The notes below the pieces were generated by a model. It was not told where the DNA came from, searched no databases, and was given only the letters and a program-made list of their open reading frames with translations. DNA of 64,000 bases from Andalucia godoyi And28 (lineage: Eukaryota; Protista; Jakobida): positions 14,892 to 78,891 of the forward strand of contig VRVR01000037.1 of NCBI GenBank assembly GCA_009859145.1, given 5' to 3'. Shown here piece after piece: positions 44,751 through 55,281 of this stretch. How positions within the stretch are numbered: the first letter of the stretch is position 1; each line of letters starts with the position of its first letter. The position numbers and the translations under genes were made by a program.

Positions 44751-45698
44751 TTATTCCAATCGTTCGCAGGCACGAAGTTTGGCAGAACGCGACCTCGAGT
44801 TTGCTGCGATTTCTGCATCGTCCGGAACCACGGGAGAGCCTGTAAGCATTGTGACTTTTTGCTCCCTTTTCCACCTTTGAAAGCTCTGTTTGACAATTCG
44901 GTCTTCAAGACTGTGGAACGAGACTGCGACGATGCGTCCGCCAGGCTTGATCATCGAAAGAGCATTCTCCATCCCCAGTTCAATTTCCTCGAGCTCGCGG
45001 TTCACTGCGATTCTCAGAGCTTGAAACGTCCTTGTTGCGGGGTGTTTTCCGTCGTGGTACGAAAGAATGCGTTCGATCACCGAAGCCAGCTCCCTGCACG
45101 TGGACAGCTTCCCGACGAGCGACCTGTGCTCGACGATAGCCTTTGCAATCTTCCTCGAGCTCCGTTCTTCTCCGTAGGCATAGATGAGATCCGCAAGTTC
45201 TTTTTCTGAAAGTGTGTTGACGAGATCGGAAGCTTTCCGCGACGACGCACCCGAGTCCATCCGCATGTCGAGCGGTCCATCGTTCTTGCTTCGAAAGGAA
45301 AATCCGCGGGCGGGATCGTCGAGCTGCATCGAAGATACGCCGAGATCAAACACAACCGCGTCGAACTTGGCGGATGGCGGACCTTTCCCAGCATGGTCTG
45401 CCGACTGCAGTAGAAACCGCGACGTCGAAAACGTCGACTGCACAAAATGAAACCTCGGTTTCGCCGTCGGTGTCGATACATCTGCTGGCGCGTCTTGCAT
45501 TCTTTCCAGCTGGATGCTCTGTGCAAAAGGCAGCACGGCGGGATCTCGATCCAATGCCACAACATTCGCACCAAGCTTCAAAAATTGCCTGCTGTAGCCG
45601 CCTAGTCCAAAGGTGCAGTCGAGAATCCACGAGCCCGGCCGCGGTCCAACATACCTGCACACTTGATCAAGCAGCACTGGCTTGTGTATGAAGTTCAT
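44751..45698 (-). CDS. rsmH: 16S/12S rRNA m4C methyltransferase RsmH/MraW (METTL15 family)
   Basis: HKPVLL, DCTFGLGGYS, FDLGVSSMQLD, DGPLDMRM, HPATRTFQALRIAVNREL, SFHSLEDRIVK, NSRSRSAKLR. Confidence 0.95.
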   Translation of the reverse strand: MNFIHKPVLLDQVCRYVGPRPGSWILDCTFGLGGYSRQFLKLGANVVALDRDPAVLPFAQSIQLERMQDAPADVSTPTAKPRFHFVQSTFSTSRFLLQSADHAGKGPPSAKFDAVVFDLGVSSMQLDDPARGFSFRSKNDGPLDMRMDSGASSRKASDLVNTLSEKELADLIYAYGEERSSRKIAKAIVEHRSLVGKLSTCRELASVIERILSYHDGKHPATRTFQALRIAVNRELEEIELGMENALSMIKPGGRIVAVSFHSLEDRIVKQSFQRWKREQKVTMLTGSPVVPDDAEIAANSRSRSAKLRACERLE

Positions 45699-46028
45699 CC
45701 TTCAACCACCCGTTCTCGCTCCTTCGCTCCTCCGCCGGCAGTCCATCGTAAACACTGATTACCAAACAAGCATAAGAACTGACGACAAGCCATTCCACGA
45801 CTCGCTGTTTATCAAAAGTCTCACTTGATGCTGGTCCACTCCACCGGCTGTAGAAGCAAAGAAAGTCTCTGAATAGCGTGGATTACGGCAAGCGGCAGCA
45901 TTATTATTTTTTCTTTTCTTATTTTATTTTTATTTTTTTTTTTTGCTTGAATGTGTACGTTCTTCTTTCCCCTCCACACGTAATTAAGAATTTGAGAGAC
46001 GATTGAGAAACGGCCGAACGGGAAAGGA

Positions 46029-47279
46029 ATGTCGAGTCGAGTGTCGATGGGGACTCATTTTTCGACGTGGTGGTCGTCGATTGCGCTGTGCACACGAGTT
46101 GTGTTTACGCTGTGTGTGGGCCTGTACGGTGGCTTCTTCCTGCTAGGAGTTGACCCATGGTCGTTTTGCTTCAATCCCGTGATTATTCTGTTCGAGTCGA
46201 CAGTGGACAACCAGATTGTGCTTCCGTTGATTCTACGGCCGGTGCTGTCTGTTCTGTCGCATGGGTCGCTCGTGCACATCGCGATGAATATGATGACGCT
46301 GCTGCAGTTTGGTGCGTCCGTCGAGCGGTTTGTGGGCTCCCTTCCGTATGCGTATTTGCAGCTGCTGTTCGGCATCATTTCCCACGCCTCGATTACCGTG
46401 CTGGGGTTTCTGGCGATGTGGATTGCAGGGTCGACGGCGATTCTCTCGGGCTGTGCTGTGGGCTACTCGGGAATCCTTTTTGGACTTATGGTCGTCGACA
46501 ACGAGATGAACCGGTCCGATAGAAGGTCCGTGATGGGCATGTTCACCGTTCCAGCAAGGTTGTATCCGCCAGTGCTTCTGGTGCTCATGCAGTTTCTTAT
46601 CCCGGGCGCAAGTCTCTGGGGCCATGCAGCGGGAATGCTTGCTGGATATCTGTACATCAGCGGCTATCTGCGATATCTGGTGCCGCGGTCCGAGATCTTC
46701 TCTGCAATCGAGTCCAAGACAGGGCTTTTGAAAATCGGGTCGTGCATCTCCACGAGCTCTGCAATCGATACGTATGCCGGCAGACTCCCTTCCTCCATCA
46801 CCGGCGGTCCTCCCAACGGCTCCAGTCCCGGTACTGTTGCCGCTGCTGCTGTGGGGACGCATGTACTTCCAATGTTTGTAGGCGGTCGCTCTCGTGGAAG
46901 TGCGGGCGCAGATGCAGACTCGGTGGCAATGCAGAGCAATCCGCGGTATGCCGGACCTGCCTCTTCAGCACCGTCACCTCGGTCCGTCGGCCCCTCACCA
47001 GTGCCGATTCGGGATGCTGTGGACGATGCAACAGGCGGATTTGCAGTGGGTGCCGGGTCGTCGAGAAGCGATGGATACGCAAGGCTAGCAAACGATGACA
47101 ATGACAGTGACAATGAGAATGACAATGGTCGTGGGCCGACAGTCTCGGGTGCGCAACCACAGACGCTTGTGAATGGACTCACGCCGTCGCAGCTTGCTGC
47201 CCAAGCGGCTCTTGCTCGGATCGAGGCTCAAAAGCAAAAGCCCGCGAACCCCGCATCCCCATCCTCCTTGTCGCACTAA
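46029..47279 (+). CDS. Rhomboid protease (RHBDD1/RBL-like)
   Basis: HGSLVHIAMNM, VER, catalytic GYSG and GHAAG, disordered C-terminal tail. Confidence 0.88.
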   Translation: MSSRVSMGTHFSTWWSSIALCTRVVFTLCVGLYGGFFLLGVDPWSFCFNPVIILFESTVDNQIVLPLILRPVLSVLSHGSLVHIAMNMMTLLQFGASVERFVGSLPYAYLQLLFGIISHASITVLGFLAMWIAGSTAILSGCAVGYSGILFGLMVVDNEMNRSDRRSVMGMFTVPARLYPPVLLVLMQFLIPGASLWGHAAGMLAGYLYISGYLRYLVPRSEIFSAIESKTGLLKIGSCISTSSAIDTYAGRLPSSITGGPPNGSSPGTVAAAAVGTHVLPMFVGGRSRGSAGADADSVAMQSNPRYAGPASSAPSPRSVGPSPVPIRDAVDDATGGFAVGAGSSRSDGYARLANDDNDSDNENDNGRGPTVSGAQPQTLVNGLTPSQLAAQAALARIEAQKQKPANPASPSSLSH

Positions 47280-47578
47280 ACACACGTCTCCGCTGTCGTA
47301 CTCTGCCAGCGGGCCCCCGGCGGAAATCGTGCCGCAACGTGCTGACTCGCGTTGACTTGTGGCTGCTTGCTTTGCTCGATACTGTGCTTTTCTTTTCCAT
47401 CCTGTTACTCCGTCGCGTTTTATTTACTTATTTATGCTATTATTATAAATTTATTCTTTTAAGTTATTTCTGTATTTGCTTTTACTTGTGTGTTTTACTT
47501 GTTGCTTCCTTTTCTTTCTTTTTTCTTTTTTTTTGGGGGGGAGGAGGAAAGGCTGGAACAAGAAGAAGAAGGAGGAGG

Positions 47579-48496
47579 ATGGTAATGGTAACCAGGATGT
47601 CTGTGTTTGTAGTGTGTCTAGCGCTTCTTTGTGCAGTATGTTGTGTGCGTGGGACAGAGTACTACATGATCTCTTCGATGAATGGTGCGCAAGATGGAGT
47701 GAGCACTCCTGCGATAGGCGTTGGAGTGCTGATGTATGACTCGTCGTCGCAGCTTCTTTCGTACAAGATCTACCACAATGTGTCAAACACGGTGACGATG
47801 GCGCACATCCATGGTCCTGCAAGCACGACGGCGACCGCCGGCATCCTGTTCACGCTGCAGATCAACGGCCAGGGTCCGATCGTCGGGAATGTCTCAATGA
47901 CGTCCAATGCAGCTGCAACAATCGCGGACTTGGCTGCAGGGCTGTGGTACTTCAACATCCACACGACAGTCTTCACGGCAGGTGAGATTCGTGGACAAAT
48001 CTTGGCACCTTCGAACACCTGGGTCGCCACACTCAACGGCGCCCAAGAGCTTGCGTCACCCCCGGTTTTCACAACAGCAGCCGGTGTCGGCTGGGTAACG
48101 TTCAACGGTGCAAGCGCAACCGTGTTTTCATTCGCGTTGGCGCACAACGTCATTGGAAGCACCATGTCGCACATTCACGGGCCTTGTGGAGCCACGACAA
48201 GCTGCGGCATTTCATACGTCGTGTCTTCGTCAAGCGTCGCCGCTGCTCTTCCGTATGATGTAACAAGTGTCCCCGTCTCTGCATCGTCGCCGGCGCTCAC
48301 GTACTCCAACTTCCAAAACGGTCAGTACTATTTCAATGTTCACTCCACAGCGAATCCAAACGGCGAGATCCGCGGAAATCTGCTCAACTTGGCCGCGTTC
48401 CCCAGCACCTCGAATCCCAGCTCTGCAAAGCTCCACTCTCTCGGTCTTTCCGGCCTTGCTCTCTTGCTCACCTCAGCATTCGTCTTGTTCGCATAG
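47579..48496 (+). CDS. Secreted tandem-CHRD-domain protein with probable GPI-anchor signal
   Basis: Signal peptide; two repeats of AHIHGP...YFNIHT...GEIRGQI and SHIHGP...YFNVHS...GEIRGNL; hydrophobic C-terminus. Confidence 0.85.
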   Translation: MVMVTRMSVFVVCLALLCAVCCVRGTEYYMISSMNGAQDGVSTPAIGVGVLMYDSSSQLLSYKIYHNVSNTVTMAHIHGPASTTATAGILFTLQINGQGPIVGNVSMTSNAAATIADLAAGLWYFNIHTTVFTAGEIRGQILAPSNTWVATLNGAQELASPPVFTTAAGVGWVTFNGASATVFSFALAHNVIGSTMSHIHGPCGATTSCGISYVVSSSSVAAALPYDVTSVPVSASSPALTYSNFQNGQYYFNVHSTANPNGEIRGNLLNLAAFPSTSNPSSAKLHSLGLSGLALLLTSAFVLFA

Positions 48497-48815
48497 GCAC
48501 TGCCTCTCTCTCTTCTCTCTCCGTTTTCATACTGCATGCCATTTGAAATAAAGTCGGCGACAACATGTCCTGGTTAGCTGTTGCTCATGGCGAATGGGCC
48601 GGGAATTGCGTGAGGCCCAGAAATTAAATCAGAACCTTTTTCTTTGGTCTTTTACAACAACGACCCGCAGACATATTTCCAGCAGTGAAACGGAAGAAGA
48701 AAAGAGAGAGAAACCGCGTGCAGCAACTAAACGCACATGCAAACACACACACACACACACACACACATACATAAACAACATGCAAAAACGAGACAGGGAT
48801 TGTTCTTTCCTTTCT

Positions 48816-49982
48816 CTAAATGGCCCATACGGCAACTCGTCCGTCGAGTCCACACGACGCAAATTCCTTTCCACTGGCATAAGAAGCAAGCCCGACGATT
48901 GTGTTATCATGCACGGAGCTCGAGGCCGACTTTGGGGTCGTTGGTTCTGCTTGCCCGGTGTTGACCTGGCTCTGGAATCGTTCAAACGCAGCTCTTGTGG
49001 CGGTCTGTTCTTTTGGCGCCGCCTTGTCTGATTTACCCTCGACCTTCCTTGTGACTTCCCACTTACCCCCACTCAAGCTGAACAGCACCGGTGCGTAGTC
49101 ATATCCTGCACACACAATCTGCGTTGGCGACACCCACGAGCAAACCGTGAACGGCAAGAACACGGACGACACGGCCACAACGCCCTTCATTTCTCCATTT
49201 GCACTTTGCGTCTGATTGGCAGCCTCGAGCAAATCGGCAACGTACAGCGACGACCCGTGTGCGACAAATGCCAAGATCGCCACATCGTCCGTCGTATTCA
49301 AAAACTCACACCAATGCACCCACCCAGTCGGTGCCGCAAAGTCAAACAACGCCTCGCCATACTCTCGGGTAGCCGCAAGTGCCGAGGCCTTTGGAAACTG
49401 CTTTGCAGACTGCGCCATGATCGTCTGGTCTGGAATATCATGCTGAGCATTATAGACTCTGCATTTTGCATCAGTCGTCGCGACTGCAAGCAAGAGCGAA
49501 TTTGGATGCCACGACACCGACCGAACCGACGACTTGATTCCCTTCCGAATAGGCTTCGAAACCCACCAATCGTTGTCCGTGTCGTAGAAACACACCAGCG
49601 CAGTCTTCTCCGCGGTCCCAACTGCAAACTTCTGCTCAGAAGGCGCCCATTTGCAGCAGGTTGCAGCGCGGGTCGTCCGCAGCATGACCAGCGTCGGCGT
49701 CCATGTCTTCTTCGCAGCATCAAGCGTCCACACATATGCATTCCGGTCCTGGGCACAAGTCAGAATGCGGTTGGTCTTCGGAGCCCAATCAATCCCAGTA
49801 ACGAGCAGATCGTGCTGGCCAGACAGCTCCGTCTCCCTCGTCCATTCCGAAGGATCCTTCGACCCATTCGTCGCGTAAATCACCACCGACGGACTGTTGG
49901 GACACACCGCTACAAGCGACTTGTCTCCATTAAACGCAAAGCAAGAAATGCTCTGAAATAGCTGAGACGCACTCGCAGACAT
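48816..49982 (-). CDS. ARPC1: Arp2/3 complex subunit 1 (p41)
   Basis: IDWAPKTNRILTCAQDRNAYVW, WTPTLVMLR, FAVGT, NDWWVSKPI, WHPNSLLLA, GLDGRVAVW. Confidence 0.93.
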   Translation of the reverse strand: MSASASQLFQSISCFAFNGDKSLVAVCPNSPSVVIYATNGSKDPSEWTRETELSGQHDLLVTGIDWAPKTNRILTCAQDRNAYVWTLDAAKKTWTPTLVMLRTTRAATCCKWAPSEQKFAVGTAEKTALVCFYDTDNDWWVSKPIRKGIKSSVRSVSWHPNSLLLAVATTDAKCRVYNAQHDIPDQTIMAQSAKQFPKASALAATREYGEALFDFAAPTGWVHWCEFLNTTDDVAILAFVAHGSSLYVADLLEAANQTQSANGEMKGVVAVSSVFLPFTVCSWVSPTQIVCAGYDYAPVLFSLSGGKWEVTRKVEGKSDKAAPKEQTATRAAFERFQSQVNTGQAEPTTPKSASSSVHDNTIVGLASYASGKEFASCGLDGRVAVWAI

Positions 49983-50472
49983 CTTTCCTCTTCTCCTTTC
50001 TTCTCCTTCTTCCTTTTCCACACCCCCCAAAGAATCGAGATCCAAATCAACTCTTTTTTTCTTTTTTTTTTCTTTTTTTTTTTCTGTTTGAAGCGTTTGC
50101 TGCAATGAGAGAGTATGGAGAAAGGTCGCAAACATAAGAAAGCAGCCAAATTAGAAGGAGCTGACGACAAAGAGAACCCTCAAAGGAGACGGAAAGTGTC
50201 CGCTCGGGGAAAATCGCGCGCGATTATATAAAATCGGGAAAGGACCCTGGTGAGGGTTGCTTTTTTCTTTTTTCCCGCCGGATCGTTTCGTGCATTATTC
50301 AATTTTCCATTGGGAAACCAACATGTGGGCTTTACCCATAATTTATTTACGTTAATATATATATATATATTATTATTATTATTGTTTATTATTATTATTA
50401 TTCTCAAACAATATAGAGAAGAGGCGTGTGCGTGTGTGAGAAAGAGGGGAGAAAGAGTGGAAGAAAAAAGAA

Positions 50473-52941
50473 ATGAGCTTGCATTGCAACCGGTTTGTGA
50501 GGATTGATTTATCGAGACAAAAGCTAAGGAATGTCGGACAAGTGACACACACGCAGTTTGACCCGATTGAGCGCATCTTGTACTGCAGCACGGACCGAGG
50601 AGTATTTGTCCGTATTGTGCTTCCTCGATTTGAACGGCACGACCACGATCACAACCGCCACCATGACCATGACCGTGTGCTGTCAACATCCAAAGTCGGT
50701 GACGCGTGTCCGAGTGCTTGGGTGGCCGGCGGCAAGAACTCGCAGTCGTGCATGTTCAGCACACTTCTTGAAACCATGGTTTGCAGCCCGGCAATGGAGG
50801 GCGTCTCTGCATGGATTATGCGATCCGGGGCGAAATCCGTTAATATTGGATGGCTTACGTTCCATGCGTTTTCCGATTTGAAATGCGTGTACTTTGTGCA
50901 GCAGCACGCATCGGCTGTGCTGAAGGCATCACTGGAGGATGATGCCACGGTGATGATTGCGGATCCAGGCGTCTCCGTGCACGTGGTTCACGAACGAGTA
51001 CGGGACGCTGTCGTCGATATGCATGGGGTTGTGAAGTACCGAGAACGCGACGAGGATGAAGATTGCCCACGGATTGTCGTTGCGTACTCGTCGAACCGCA
51101 TCGATGTTCTTGAAAACGACCTGCTGATGTGCTCCACTGTTGTGGAAAATGCAGTCAGGAAGCCGTTGGCTGCAGCGGCAGGCGCTGCGAACGCACTCGT
51201 CACAAAAACTTGTTGGTTTGCGGAAGATGTAGTTGTCGTGGGGACCTGCACTTCGACGATGCACGTTTTGCAGGTTGCGCCGTTCGATGGTAATCCTGGC
51301 GACAGTAGACCTGATGATGAAGACGTGGATCTGCCGCACGAGTACCGTTTCATAGAAGTTCTCGAGATCTTGAAAGAACGAAATCGATGTTTGGCACTCG
51401 CGTGCGACACTCCAGTCATGGTCGCAGGAAATAGCGATGGTGGCCTGTTTGCGTATCGTATTACCCAGCACCCAAACGGCGATTGGGAATACGGAATGCT
51501 GGATTTCCAGCACATTTCAGCCTTTATGGCACAACCTTCGACATCGAAGTCCATAGATGCGCTGACTGTTGCACAAGACAAGAGAGATCCCTTTGACCTG
51601 GGTGTTCGCTGCGCTGCTGTGGACTCGGCAAGTGGACGGTTTGCGGCGTGTTCTCAGATGGCATGGTTTGTTCAGGTCCTCCCCAACTTTCAGTCTGATC
51701 GAGACAACGAAGACAGCCTTATACACAATGAACAAGAACGGTTTTCAGGACTGCTGGACATTCTTGGCTCCGAAGACAATGTTACCGTTCGTGATGAAGT
51801 TGTCTCCGTTGCTTTTGAGCGCACGGGAGTAGTGATGGTGACCCGCAGCGGAAGGATCGTGTTTGAACAGCTGGATCGTGTCCAAGAAGTGCAACCGCGT
51901 ATTCATCGCAGTCCGATTCCCGGGATGGACCGAGTGTCCGGCGGCGACGGCGGCGGCGGCAACAGCATAATAACCTCTCCTCTGCATACGCTGTCTTCTC
52001 CCGACATACAAGAGAACGGACAAGCATTACCAGCGCAGCAACCGCAACAACCGGTTTTGGAATCCGAATTCGATGTCGTACCGTCCAGACGAGATCCCAT
52101 GTGGAATGATTCTTTCGAAGACAATCCCGACGTCGCCCCAAAACCCCTTTCTCCACCCGTGCAATTTGAAAGCCCTGCAAGGCAGTCTCCAAAGCGAACT
52201 CCAAAGCGAACTCCAGGAAGCAGCGGCAATGTCGATGCGGACCATTTTGACCGCAATTCCGATGTGCCTCCGCAGCCGTCTTTCCAACAGCCGCCGAGGC
52301 CGTTCAAGTCTCCCGAAAAACACATCAGTTCTTCAGCAGCACGCTCTCCCTTGCCGGCGCTTCAAATTCTGAATCCAGAAAAGACGCTGTCGATTCTATC
52401 CCGAAGAAATGACGAAGCAGCAGGATCGATTCCTGCGCATGCTGCTGCGCTCTTTGCATCGCCGAAAGAACGCAGCATTGCAGCCCTCAGTGCACAGATA
52501 CAAGCCTTGTCTTCCGCAACGTTCACACCGCGGCCACCACCGCAATCTTCTTCTGCTGGCACTGGCTCCGGCTCTGCCGCACCGCTTTCCCTGTCGCAAA
52601 GCGCAAATATTGACCGTTCTGTCCTTTCGAAGCCACTTGTGTCGGTGGATGCACCTGCGGAGCAGTCTATTCGGAAGCAGCATCGCAAAGTCCCAATTCA
52701 AGTGGACCCTCAGTGGCTCGAGAAGAAGAAATCGGGGCCAAAGGTCAGCATTCAGGACGGCTACTCAGACCAGCTCTTCAATGTGTTCCCAGACCTAGAT
52801 CCTAAACCGTCCATCCATGAACTCACCAGCGTGCTGAGTCTGCGCCTCACGGAGGAGGAAAAAGAAGCTCGCGATCGCCAATGTGCCGTTGACAAGACAC
52901 GCAAACGCTTTGAAGAATTCTGCTCTCAATTCCCTGTATAA
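50473..52941 (+). CDS. Hypothetical protein with beta-propeller-like N-terminal half and Pro/Ser-rich linker
   Basis: 822-codon ORF with beta-strand-rich N-terminus; start unresolved; no family recognised. Confidence 0.65.
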   Translation: MSLHCNRFVRIDLSRQKLRNVGQVTHTQFDPIERILYCSTDRGVFVRIVLPRFERHDHDHNRHHDHDRVLSTSKVGDACPSAWVAGGKNSQSCMFSTLLETMVCSPAMEGVSAWIMRSGAKSVNIGWLTFHAFSDLKCVYFVQQHASAVLKASLEDDATVMIADPGVSVHVVHERVRDAVVDMHGVVKYRERDEDEDCPRIVVAYSSNRIDVLENDLLMCSTVVENAVRKPLAAAAGAANALVTKTCWFAEDVVVVGTCTSTMHVLQVAPFDGNPGDSRPDDEDVDLPHEYRFIEVLEILKERNRCLALACDTPVMVAGNSDGGLFAYRITQHPNGDWEYGMLDFQHISAFMAQPSTSKSIDALTVAQDKRDPFDLGVRCAAVDSASGRFAACSQMAWFVQVLPNFQSDRDNEDSLIHNEQERFSGLLDILGSEDNVTVRDEVVSVAFERTGVVMVTRSGRIVFEQLDRVQEVQPRIHRSPIPGMDRVSGGDGGGGNSIITSPLHTLSSPDIQENGQALPAQQPQQPVLESEFDVVPSRRDPMWNDSFEDNPDVAPKPLSPPVQFESPARQSPKRTPKRTPGSSGNVDADHFDRNSDVPPQPSFQQPPRPFKSPEKHISSSAARSPLPALQILNPEKTLSILSRRNDEAAGSIPAHAAALFASPKERSIAALSAQIQALSSATFTPRPPPQSSSAGTGSGSAAPLSLSQSANIDRSVLSKPLVSVDAPAEQSIRKQHRKVPIQVDPQWLEKKKSGPKVSIQDGYSDQLFNVFPDLDPKPSIHELTSVLSLRLTEEEKEARDRQCAVDKTRKRFEEFCSQFPV

Positions 52942-53228
52942 AAAAAGCTGCTCTCTCCATCCCCGCAGCCGCCTCTTTCCCAGCCTTGCGTGTCCTTTGA
53001 ACACCAAAATTTTCTCGTATCTTTTTTATAATTATCTTCTTTGTTTTACTTTATTTTTTATTGTTATTATTTTATTACTTTTTTGTCTTTTTTTTCTTTT
53101 TTTAAATCACCAAACTTTCCAACATCATGACTGCCCTTTCTTGGGGCCTTCTTCATATTCCGATTCCACGGTCTGCGTCCGTTTCCGCTTCTGTTTCTAA
53201 TTTCCTGTGAAGGAACTCGCGAGGTGCA

Positions 53229-53996
53229 TCACGGCTTCTTGAAGAATCCCATGGTCTTGTTGAACAGCTTCTTGGACGCAGCCGCCGGGTTATTCTTAAA
53301 GTCGTCAATTGTGACGTCCTTTTCTGCAGCGTCTGGGGTTGTTACAGCAGGCTTGATCACCAAGTCTGGGATCTGCTGGGTCACGTTGAACGCGGCGAAG
53401 TAGCCCTGTCTCGTCTTGAACTCGACATATGCCGAGTTCCTGGCCTGGTCCAAAAAGACGTCGTCCACGCCGCCGGGACACTGGCCAAAGATCTCCTTTA
53501 CATGTTCCTCCTTGGTTCCAGGTCTCAAGTTGTTGACCTCGACCGTTCGTGACCCTACTTCGTTCACAAACTCGACCGTCAGCAGCAGCGTGCAGTTTCC
53601 AGGGAGCTGGAATGACATGTCATGGTGCCCCATCTTGAACTGGTTCAGCGGAATAAGCGCCTGAGACTTCACTCGCGTGGATCCGAACACCGATGTCTGC
53701 TTATCCACAATCTGCACAGTCATGTTGTCCATTCCAGGCCAAATCTCAAACGGAAACATCGCAGGCGTCTGCCACACAGGATTCTTTCCTGGAAATCCCA
53801 CCGTGGTCGAGTGCACTGTCTGACCAACTTGCACAGTCACATACGGAGAAAGCGTCGTGAATGTCGTGTCGCCAGGTACATTCTGCGCAGCTTTCACCCA
53901 CACTCGGACTTCACCAATCATTTGCACCGGCTGCGCACTTGGTTGCTGAGGAACAGGCGCATTCGCAGAATACGGATTCGGAGCAGACATTCCCAA
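53229..53996 (-). CDS. C2 domain plus RRM-like protein
   Basis: VRVWVKAAQNV, LSPYVTVQVG, GKNPVW (C2); TVEVNNL...AYVEF (RNP2/RNP1-like). Confidence 0.8.
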   Translation of the reverse strand: MGMSAPNPYSANAPVPQQPSAQPVQMIGEVRVWVKAAQNVPGDTTFTTLSPYVTVQVGQTVHSTTVGFPGKNPVWQTPAMFPFEIWPGMDNMTVQIVDKQTSVFGSTRVKSQALIPLNQFKMGHHDMSFQLPGNCTLLLTVEFVNEVGSRTVEVNNLRPGTKEEHVKEIFGQCPGGVDDVFLDQARNSAYVEFKTRQGYFAAFNVTQQIPDLVIKPAVTTPDAAEKDVTIDDFKNNPAAASKKLFNKTMGFFKKP

Positions 53997-54435
53997 TCAC
54001 TCACGCACGTAATAATAACTTGGATTAATTTATATAAAAAAAATTATAAAACAAGCAGGACCGAAGAAAGAAGGGGGTTGGACTGCGGATCAAAACAAAA
54101 ACAAAAAAAAAAAAAAAAAGACAAGGCTGATTGTTGTGTTTGCAAAGGCTTTTTGAAAACAATGCAACGTTGATATGATGACGTACAGGGTTAAAGCAAA
54201 GGGAAACCAGGAAAACGCATAAAACGGATTCGGAGGATTCGGAGAAGGGTTTGATGTTGCTGTTTTGTTTTTTGTTTTTTGTTTTTTGTTTTTTTGTTTT
54301 TGTTGTTACGACAGATCTGGGGGACACAGTCGATCACTTGCTTAATGTGCCGTTCCAGATTTTGCTGTCACTGTAAACATCTCACTAACTAACTAGCTAG
54401 CTAGCTTCAAAAGAAGAGGACTGGTATTCTGGGCC

Positions 54436-54533
54436 CTTACATTATACACTAAGTGTGCATATCTACGAATAAACATGCATATCCAATCTTGCATCCCGTT
54501 GCCGCGAAGGGGATAGGCCCCAACACACCTCAC
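54436..54533 (-). ncRNA. Putative omega-RNA scaffold of copy A2
   Basis: Same hairpins as A1; the UUCG stem (54456-54479) carries a C-to-U change that keeps pairing as U.G. Terminal 36 nt are identical to A1. Confidence 0.6.
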
Positions 54534-55064
54534 GGCGCTCTTCAGATAGATGTTCCGCGCTCCGTTCTCAATCTCGATCAATCGGTGAGCCACTTTCTCA
54601 GCGTGACACGTGGTTTCTGAGAAGGGTGCATTTTTTGATTCTGACGGCCCTAGCAGCAGGCGCTTTCGTGTCCTCAGTTGCAGTGATTGATGCACCTGGA
54701 GACACGAGAGGAAGAGGCGGTAGGCGTAGTGACACGTGGTCTCTTAGGAGGTATGTGGGACGTAGGAGACCCTGTATCGAGCGGCGTAGGCGTAGGCGAA
54801 TGCGTCGTCCCAGCGCACTCACGCCCCTATTTGAATTAAAAAGTGAAACCAACGAATGATAGAATAGATGGCTATGGATGCTGCGTTAAAGAGTGTCGAA
54901 AATGCGGAGCCTGTGTCACCGGCTGCATTTTGGCCGAGCGCGCGTAAGCACGAATTCCCGTGAACCAAACGTGCTAGTGTCGGCCGGTATTGACCGTGTC
55001 TGTTTATGGATACTTCCATATGCATGACAACGAGGTGTTATTATTCAACGATTCGCAAGACGCT
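54436..55064 (-). mobile_element. Non-autonomous Fanzor2/IS607-derived element, subfamily A, copy A2 (629 bp)
   Basis: Equals A1 plus two internal segments (54663-54726, 64 bp; 54778-54948, 171 bp) and 2 extra T; 392+64+171+2=629. Fragments include KAPAARAVRIK/MHPSQKPRVTLRKWL and IDRD/NGARNIYLKSAVRCVGAYPL. Confidence 0.9.
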
Positions 55065-55281
55065 TCTCTCGAACTGAACAATGCTGGAATGGAACCGAAG
55101 GAGGGGCGGACTTTAAAAAGAGTAAGGAGATGAATGTGTTGGTGGTGCGAATTTTGACGGCACGAAAAAGAATCCAGAACGCTCCTAATTGAATAAACTT
55201 GCGGATTAATAACGTACTACCCAACCTGAGTTTGTATTTTTTGTATTGCTTTGCTTGCCAGCCACCTGGTACAGAAGCAAG

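Noticed and set aside
45795-45815. ACTCGCTGTTTAT shared with the subfamily-C end region
   Set aside because: The match does not extend to the CTTACATT terminus or to coding fragments.
54393-55025. Short ORFs (54393-54695, 54598-54852, 54819-55025, 54626-54859) as real genes
   Set aside because: They are frameshifted fragments or antisense shadows of the A2 relic.
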